Shown piece after piece: positions 54,662-64,000 of a stretch of DNA of 64,000 nucleotides (within the stretch, counting starts at the first letter, position 1; the number at the start of each line of letters is the position of its first letter). This stretch comes from Octopus vulgaris (taxonomy: Eukaryota). The position numbers were made by a program, and so were the translations under genes. A model generated the notes under the pieces. That model did not search any database. It worked only from the letters and a program-made list of their open reading frames with translations, and had not been told where the DNA came from. The DNA is taken from positions 32,674,001 to 32,738,000 of the forward strand of contig OX597828.1 of NCBI GenBank assembly GCA_951406725.2, given 5' to 3'.

Positions 54662-54698
<37 letters not shown>

Positions 54699-54707
54699 TA
54701 TATATAT

Positions 54708-54960
54708 AGTGAGAATTTACAAAAAACACAAGGCGAAGGCTTGTGTGTAAACAACAAACAGATGTATTAGTTTAACGCTCGGGAAGTGAGAAAGTCTTTT
54801 CGGGTCTACGCTCTTCGACAGAAAGGAACACAGAAATAAACAAGGAGAGGTAATAGAAAAGGTTTAGTGGCTAGCTATCTATCATGGCGAATGCCAGACG
54901 GAGGGGTCACACAGGAGTGCTAGGATGAAGGGGAGATAATAAAGTATCGGTTATCCCAAG
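54708..54960 (-). mobile_element. Penelope-type pLTR remnant (degenerate HHR)
   Basis: minus strand ctgtcgaagagcgtagacccgaaa; shares gagcgttaaactaata.a.ctgttt with 51580-51622. Confidence 0.5.
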
Positions 54961-55158
54961 ACGATGACCCCATATGTCTGTGTGTTTGTGGGTGTGTGAT
55001 AGCTGTACAAGATTTGCATTCCTTTAGACCAAAACAAATCAGTCGTCTTGAACCACAATATATAAATGAAAATGTAAATTCACCAATGTTATATATGCTG
55101 GAAATAGTGCAATGTTAACCCAACATATTTGAATATAAGTCAAAATTCTCGAACAGTA

Positions 55159-55440
55159 TTTACGTTATTTACATTTGACTGATAATTGTCCTCATCGTGT
55201 TTGTTGTTAACACGGCTGATATACCCTCCAGCTTTCATCAGATGTCTTGGGGAAATTTCGAACATGGGTTCTCATTCCTAAGTTATTTTTCGATGTTGTT
55301 ATTATTATTATTATCATTATTATTGTTGTTGTTGTTATTATTATTATTCTGTTCACTGTCAGGAATCGAACTCGGAATCTTGGGGTTAGTAGCCCGTGAT
55401 CTTAACCACTACACCATCTGCCCGTCTCTTAAATATAGAA
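55159..55440 (-). mobile_element. tRNA-headed, hammerhead-bearing short element (copy 2)
   Basis: head 55351-55423 (TGGTGTAGTGG, GAGTTCGATTCC); same body as 51623-51999; HHR lacks the 8-nt GAAACGTT segment; inverted 3' extension tctcttaaatatagaa at 55425-55440. Confidence 0.8.
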
Positions 55441-56402
55441 CAGTAAAATTCTCGAAATTCACATCTTTTCTGATAATGTGTAGCATAACAGTCAATAGGA
55501 CGTCTTCAACTGATATCAATATAACCATCGCTTGAAAGGGAAAATAAATATATCGAAATGTAATTATCCACCTTAGATAAATATGCACTATGTATGTGCA
55601 AAGTAATTTAAATTCGTAAAATGCGGTGTAGTCTTCATGAGCGGAATGTTAAAGCGCTACATTTTTGATTTGTGAATTCATGATGCATTTAATCAGGCCC
55701 CATTCAGCAACTTTTTTGAAATATGTCAAGATGTGCCGCTTCTGCCATAAGCATCAATTTTCTGGAAATTTGAAGAATGAACCATCCAGCGTACATCCGT
55801 TTTGTAACGTAGTATGGGTTTCATTGAAGTGTCATACTATCAACCCGAGAAAGAAAGTTTACACAAGACGGTGCGTGATCACTTTTAGGATGTTTCTTTA
55901 GCAGATAAATAAGAAGTTATAATTCTTCATTTCATACTGTTTACTAACACCAGGAAGGAAATATTCAATCATAATCATATAGATTTAGATATAGAAAAAG
56001 ACAGCTTCATGAGGGTACTGCATGCAAACCTCCGCAATTCGAGCTGATCAGGGGCGGAAAAGTGACAACAGATGTCTTGTTGCATTTGTTCCTTTGTTGC
56101 GCATCACAATACCACCAGTATTAGAATTAGAGTACGTGTTATCCATGCATTTATATGTTTACCTATCTATCAATCGGTTTTGGAAAGAAGGAAATTATTC
56201 AAAATACAATTGATGAAAAATTATAAATCTTTATTAACAACGTTCAGAAAGCGAAAGATGCAATGCAACGAACATGCTCGAATGTTTCAAACATTATGCA
56301 GTATCTGCGGTGAAACTTGATGTCGCTACGGTGTTGTTCTCACTGTTGCACTGCTAGATTACAAGTTCAATGAGAAATAAATATATACTTCCATATATAT
56401 AT

Positions 56403-56514
<112 letters not shown>

Positions 56515-57671
56515 GTACGGCAGGGCATCAGCATGGCTGCAGCTGTGGGCTGAAACTAAAAAGAAAAAATGAGAAAAAAATTATTAAGTTAGGTTCCCTA
56601 TGTGCTCCTTTGCTACAAATAGAACACAGTTATGCGGTCGTTTTATCTACTAGAACTAACACGTAATTGTCCCCCAAATCACAATATTACGTCTGGGCGA
56701 GAACAATTTCGATCGCGTGATCGTCAGAGTGCTGTCCGTGTGAATAACAAGACATTGCCTCTTTTGGAATGCCGATCATCATAGCTACGGCGCAAAAGAG
56801 CCGACCTGAAGCTAACTGACAAGAAATAATTAACGAGATAGTGGGGAAAGAAAAAGAAATAGAGAGAATATTAATCTGAAATCATTGAAGAACAGAAATT
56901 AATTGATATTTGCATAAAGTGAAGTGAGAAAATGTTATCAAATAATGAGAAAGAATACTCGAGAATTCTTGGATTCAAAACTTTTTCAGTGTACCAGACG
57001 CATACTCATACTTCCTTCGATAGTCAGACAGGTTGTAAAGCTAATAATTAATACAATACATTTGAAGATCGTGCTCCAGCATGGCCTCAGTCGTAATGAC
57101 AAAAACAAACTAATGAACGTGAAGCGATGAATACATTTTCAACTACTAAATTAAAAAGTTCATTTGCTTCATTAGTAATAATTTGCATTTCAAATTGGAG
57201 GAAGAATACAAAAAAACAAAAAAAAACACATAAACATGGCGCAGAGTAAAAGGCATCTGATGTATGGATATATTTGCTTCGTTTATTGATTGGAAATCTT
57301 AGGAAAAAAGAATAGAAATGCCAAAAGGTTATGGTAAATTTGATAGAACTTGCAAACATGGTAGCATATTTTTTCATGCAAAAGCCATTTGTAATTAAAA
57401 CAGCGCTAGATCTTTCTTTCATCCTTACGTTCTATCCCACAGATTATCAATTTCCTTTTCTCCAAGCTCATATTGTTTATCCTATTCTGCGCCTTTCATT
57501 ATAATTTCCAGATCACTTGAGTGATAACGTTTAAGTATATTGCTTTTGATGCAAATTATACAAATGTCACTAATCACGTATTCTAATAATCTAACTCGGC
57601 ACATATTAACTTCCCTTAACTTTTTCTGTTTTCTTGTTTTATACTCACAAAGTTTTACTGTTTCCTTGCTG

Positions 57672-57719
<48 letters not shown>

Positions 57720-59164
57720 AGCAAAACGTACACAACAAACATATGTGTAGTATGTACATGTATAGAGAGAATAATAGAGATATTTTAACCATTTTATGCA
57801 ATAGATGTCTATTTAGAGAAATGTATGTACTGCATGCGTAGAAACCTTTCCTGTTTATAGTGTGGAAAGAAAATGGAGGAGACACGGTAGTAATTTCAAT
57901 CCTGCGGTGGTATTTTAACTTGTATCCAATGTCTCTCTATGGAGACACTGCTAAGAGATAGTCCTAACGGCTGATATACATCAGTTATACATATTGGCAT
58001 ACATTCCACAGTAAAGTTGATGGTATTTCTTTTGGCAACTAAGCAGAAAGATCAGTTTGAATTATAGGAGGAAAGCAACGGTTTAAGGACCGTGACGTTA
58101 AGTAGGCTTCTTTTCACGCATGATAGTGTTCTCACATGGGTTGCAAGTTGGATTAACATCATTCGCGTTTCGAAAATAACTTTGGACATTGAAGTCTTTG
58201 TTGTTTTGCACGGCTGCAGCCGTCCAAATTTTGAGACTTACGAAATAGAGTTTGATGTGTGAAGAAACTGGAAATCCATATGTAAAATTGTGATTTCAGC
58301 TCCACGCCTAACTGTTTCGGAAAGATTACATGTGTATAGCTACGAATAAACAGTATAAAATTGATAGATCTCTGACTTGTGAGCTAGCTAGAGCTCCCAT
58401 AATGTTGGTGAAAATGGATTGCTATGCAGCATGATTGAGTTATGGGTCGTGTGGGTGGATATGTATGTATGAATGTTGCTTTCGTCACTCTCTTCGGCGT
58501 TTGCCCATTACTCCCATCAGTTGATGCCACCCAAAATGAACAATGCTATCGTCAAAGGCGAGAAATTGTAATAATTTTCTGGTCGATAACTGACGAGAAC
58601 AGAGCATGCGCATGTCTTGTGTGCGAAGCTTCCGCTCGCTCCTTGTTATGCTTCTGTTTAATTTTTGCAACTTATCATTTATTGTGACGTCATGCACCTA
58701 ACTTTTCTTTCCCACCCTAGAGTCCGAATTTGCTTGTGCAACGTCAGTTTTTTTTTTCCTTTTATTCTTTCTTTTCGTTCCCTGTCTCGACTTTTTCTCT
58801 CCCCATCTTACCTGACAGACTTCCTCTGTCTTCCTGCCCTCCACGTTTCTGTCTCTTCCCACAACCTCGTGCCCTGTGACTACTCCCGTTTCAAAGTCTT
58901 TTCAGCGTTGACTACTGGCATGTTCAGTCATTTTTTTTTCTTGGCCTCCCGCGTCCTCTACTTAAAACTTTGTATTCGTTTTCCCTGTTCGTTTTGTTTT
59001 TTAAATCTCCATTTACCTTTCTAGTCCTATAGGAGATTTTCCGTTGCGTTACTTATGCTCACGTCTTGTCTATGCTCCAGGGATATATTAATTTTATTTC
59101 TGTAACTTATATTTTTTTTTTGGGGGGGGGGAGGTATTTATATTTTTAACTGCGCATATTAGTA

Positions 59165-59681
59165 TTTGTTTTCGTCGCCATCATCAACGCTCGCACACTG
59201 TTCCCAGTCTGATAAGGGTACAGCAGGCACATACATCACAACCATATGTGCGCGACATGGTGATCTCCTATCAAGATAAACAGCGCATGACATTGCAGGT
59301 AAGGCCGAGTTACACTTTTTTACTGGTCGAATAGACCATCCCGCTCAAAAGGTCCCTAAATTAGGATAGTTTAATGATGTTGAACGAAACACCCATGTTT
59401 CCAAAGGTGAATTGTCCATACCCCTAAGAATTCCTTTCAACAAACGGCTATGATGCCCCCCCCTACTTCTGCTCATGATCAAAGATGCACATATCGTCAG
59501 CCACTAAGGGACACAGTCAAGTGGTTAAAGCCAAACAACTGACAAGCAAATCTGTGGTTTTGAGCAGAATATTTGCTGTAGCCCATCTTTTATACCAAGA
59601 CAAAACAATGTACATGATGACACTTCCAATCAGTTAAGATCAGAAGCCATTAGAGCTACTGCCTGGTACTGCATCATGGCA
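59165..59681. mobile_element. probable interspersed repeat (possible LINE 5' UTR) abutting (ATC)n
   Basis: GC-richer non-coding block with a sharp boundary at a microsatellite; resembles a cephalopod repeat from memory only. Confidence 0.35.
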
Positions 59682-59750
59682 TATCATCATCATCATCATC
59701 ATCATCCTCATCACCATCACCATCACCAACACCACCACCACCACCACCAT

Positions 59751-59784
<34 letters not shown>

Positions 59785-59842
59785 GTCATCATCGTCATCA
59801 TCGTCATCATCGTCATCATCGTCATCATCGTCGTCGTCGTCG

Positions 59843-59881
<39 letters not shown>

Positions 59882-59935
59882 ACATCGTCATCGTCATCAT
59901 CATCATCATCACCATCATCATTATTATTATTATTA

Positions 59936-59978
<43 letters not shown>

Positions 59979-59994
59979 GTTTATTATTATTATT
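59682..59994. repeat. (ATC)n/(GTC)n/(ATT)n compound microsatellite
   Basis: directly visible. Confidence 0.95.
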
Positions 59995-59997
59995 AAC

Positions 59998-60545
59998 TTG
60001 TGTGGGCGTCTTTCGTGCGACACGTCTTTCCGCAGCTCATCTGATCGACTGCACAAATATCAGTGAAGACACACTGTCCCTCTGGAAGATTTCTCTATTG
60101 ATTTTCTCTTCTAATACTTGGTTTCATGCCCTCAATTCCGTTCTCCAGCACTTCATGCTATTCCGTATAAGGCTTCCCATATATTCTGCTGTTCCATACA
60201 TTACCACTATTCTCATTATCCAGGAATGTGCTGTCATATCGTATACTTTACGATAGTCAAACCATACCATGCTCACCTTTGTGTGTCTTCTCTTGCAGAT
60301 TATCAATTAAGGGCTAATCCATTGTTCTCCGGCTCCTCTTTCGGCACACATTTTGTTCAATAGATAGGAGCACACTTTTGTATCTATACAGATCACCGGC
60401 CAACGCACCTGAAATTAGTTTCCACTTTATTGGAAGGCACGCTATAAGTCTAAACTTGGATGCAACATTTCCCTTATCAGGATCCTTGGCACATAACAAA
60501 ATCTTTCTCTTTGTCATACAGCTGAATACTTCGGCAGTTACTATT
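59998..60545 (-). mobile_element. R4/Dong-like RT fragment between microsatellites
   Basis: KDPDKG..KFRLIACLPIKWKLIS; WFDYRKVYDMTAHSWI; MKCWRTEL; IFQRDSVSSLIF. Confidence 0.85.
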
Positions 60546-60569
60546 GGTATCACGTCTACTCTCCTCACT

Positions 60570-60770
<201 letters not shown>

Positions 60771-61581
60771 GTTACATGTTGTTGACTAGGTTAATATGTA
60801 TATCTTAGCTGTAGTTAAGTTGATACTTGAATAGATTTCACAATTTAAATACTATGCATAGAAATGTTAATACAGTATATTTGTGTATTTAAACTATCTT
60901 AGAAGCATTTGGTGAGCATTAATACGATATATTCTAAATGTATAGATAGTAAAATATAGAAACATGCAGTATTCGTTATCAACCAAGAGGTTTAATTTAG
61001 ACATAAAAAAGAGATTCTAAAATGAAATTAAGTGTTTATAATTCACATGTGAAATCTTAAGACCTGAATCTTATGATAAAGTTAATTATAAAGATAGAGG
61101 ATGTAGATATATTCCTGGTATTTATATTACCAAATATACAACTGTGATCAGGATGGGATTAAGTACCATATGTGTACTAAGTCCATAAAATCTTCACATA
61201 AATGTTCGTAATATCCTAACTACATTCGTTAAGCAATTTTATAGCCTATATTACGCATTCAGTAACCAAAGTTTTGTGTTCACTCGTTAGATTACAAACC
61301 CTCTTCAACAATAATGGTGGAACAGAAAGCAGATTCTTGCTCTAATGTTTAGGCTTTAGTTACAGTCGTTTCTGAGCAGTCATACTAGACTATCATCGTC
61401 AGGTCACAAAGTCGACCATTTTGATCTTGATATTTTCTTTCAGTCTAGTGTTTATTTAATGGATATCTGTCGAAAGGCGAAGTTTACATTTAGTTTGCGA
61501 AACGGGATTCAACTCTATGTATCTGTCTATCTATTTATCTGTATCGACCTATCCTTCTATTTCTCTCTCTCTCCCTCTCTC

Positions 61582-61631
<50 letters not shown>

Positions 61632-62763
61632 CATACATATGGAGAGAGACAGACAAATAGACAGGCAGGGGGGACAGAGAAATACATACACTCATACACG
61701 TCCATATATATCTATGTGTATGTCATAATAAAGAGAGATTAATAAAAGGTTAATAATCCAGGCGAAAGACTTCTTAAAGCTTTCTGCAAATAAAATTACA
61801 ACAGGCTAACTAAAATTTCTGGCGATCGGTATTGTACTCCCCTTAACCTGAAATCAAAATCAATCACAACTCAGATTTGTACATCCACGGTTCAATTACC
61901 CAGTCAAGTTTGCTCGATTTTACAGAGCGATGCGCAAAATAAAGAGAAATACATGCATTCATTCATTCATTTTTTCATATATTATAGGCTTACATCTGTT
62001 TCAGGTATATACTTCTCTTTGCACAGGTTCATGGACATGGATTTGGGGGGCACGCGACCAGGTTAGAAACCATTGCCTAAGTTACCGAAGCACTCGCTGT
62101 GAAGCATGTAGTATAATGGTTTCAAGGAAAGAATTCTTAGCCGTAAAGCTTATAGCCTCAGATTACCAAGAACGCATTATCAATGACAGTGAATTCTAAA
62201 GATGTTAAGTAAAATGCAATGTAATGAATATAGATTATTTATTTTCATATACAAAATGCAATTAAACCACTTTTATTTTTTCGAATGAAATTGCATATTA
62301 ACTACAACGTAATTCCATTCTCAATTTTAGGAGAAATATATTCACGAAATTTCATAACAAAATCTAAATAAATATTTTGTGAGCTTTGTTTTATATTTTA
62401 AAACCAGGCTATCCCTGATAGTAGAGCTATAACCACATATATAATAGTCATATATGTCCAAGTTACAGCAGACCTATTTTTTATAATGTTGGATGTCATA
62501 CGAGAAAGATCTAACTAGTATTTTAACAGATAAGTAAATAACACAATGAACATAATTCTAATTTAAGACTGCCTTATATAGAAGATCTTGCAACCATTTA
62601 ATTAGGAAAAGAGACAGGTCTCCTCTGAGATGCAGTCAATAAACGACTAAAACTCTATCGGGAGATTCCCACTTCTCAACGCATTAGTCATGAAGAATTA
62701 GTTTACATTTTTAACTGACAGAGATTCAAATCTTTTATATACATGTGTGTGTGTGTAATGTCT

Positions 62764-62767
<4 letters not shown>

Positions 62768-62850
<83 letters not shown>
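62768..62850. repeat. (AGT)n microsatellite
   Basis: directly visible. Confidence 0.95.
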
Positions 62851-62851
<1 letters not shown>

Positions 62852-63438
62852 ACGGATACTGTGCAGGCATAAAACAATCTAGCAAAGCAAAGTAGCTGGG
62901 AATTTTGTCCTCATGTTTAGTTCAATCTGCGATTGATGTGACTTCACTTCCGTTCATCCATTAACAACTTTGAGAAAAGTGGATTACGTTACAGCTTCGG
63001 TTCCGTCTTTAATAAATTTTACTTTTTGTTATCTGTAAAAATAATCATGTATCTGATAGCAGAAATGTACTCATTGATAGTAGAACTAGCAAGTAGCCTC
63101 ACAATATGCTATATAGCAATTATTTTTGTGCAAGATTTAATCGTAGGCTTTAGCGATAGATATCCGACTTGAACAAGAAATTTTAACTCACTATGGTGGT
63201 TTAAAAATGCAGGCATCTTGGTCTTTCCCTCGAACCAAATGTGTTATTTAAATCAAGCGTTGCTGTATCTGTGTATAATTTCGATTAAAGTGGTATATGC
63301 TATGACGCACTTATTTAAAATTGGATACTGTGGTAGCGATGGAAGGAATAGTTTTCCTTCCCGAATTCTGTAGTCGCGATGTCGCCAATAACACTCACTT
63401 TTATGAGAATACAAATAAAATATGGATGCAGGCATGTA

Positions 63439-63439
<1 letters not shown>

Positions 63440-63532
<93 letters not shown>

Positions 63533-63560
63533 TTAATAATAATAATGATGATGATGATGT

Positions 63561-63606
<46 letters not shown>

Positions 63607-63607
63607 A
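63440..63607. repeat. (AAT)n(GAT)n microsatellite
   Basis: directly visible. Confidence 0.95.
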
Positions 63608-64000
63608 ACAACATGTAAAGAAATTAGTCCAAAAATGTTTTCTGTTGATTTTTATAAAAATCTAAATAACTCGCCAGTTTGAAAGATGTAGAACAGCAGC
63701 TTAGCTTATGACGTCTATTGTGGCAGAAATAGCACTTACATATTTGCATTTGTCTCAAGACAGTTAGTCTGCATTTGTTTTTATGTAATATCTATTGTGG
63801 AGAATTACTGATAATTATGATTGTTTTCTATCCTCAATAAGAATTTATCTTAATTCACAAACAGACGATTTTGTCTGCGATTTTGTCATAGTATGTCACA
63901 AAGAGCCATTGTTAAATAGGGTGTTAAACTTGAGAAGTCTGCTACAGAGACGTTGAGCATGCTTCAGCAAGTTTACGGTTACGTTACAATGGCTCATGCG

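Noticed and set aside
59620-59681. 5' self-cleaving ribozyme of a LINE
   Set aside because: Could not build a full HDV or hammerhead fold

Overview
AT-rich eukaryotic, non-genic or intronic DNA, very rich in microsatellites ((TA)n, (CA)n, (ATT)n, (ATC)n, (AAG)n). The tRNA-derived SINEs and the repeat spectrum look like a coleoid cephalopod, probably Octopus (recognised by eye, not searched). Almost all long ORFs in the track are microsatellite artefacts or transposon remnants. Recognisable content: decayed R4/Dong-type restriction-endonuclease non-LTR retrotransposons sitting in or next to microsatellites, Penelope-like elements (RT + GIY-YIG; two Neptune-like and one Naiad-like) with inverted pseudo-LTRs and minimal hammerhead ribozymes (HHR), RTE LINE ends, several mariner relics, a non-autonomous Helitron and many SINEs. 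No host gene is firmly identified. The best candidate is one minus-strand exon at 47183-47349. The most striking observation is a short non-coding element at 51.6-52.4 kb and 55.2-55.4 kb. It joins a tRNA-Arg-like Pol III head to a Penelope-type hammerhead ribozyme tail and is inserted with Penelope-style inverted ends, so it appears to be a ribozyme-bearing, Penelope-mobilised SINE.
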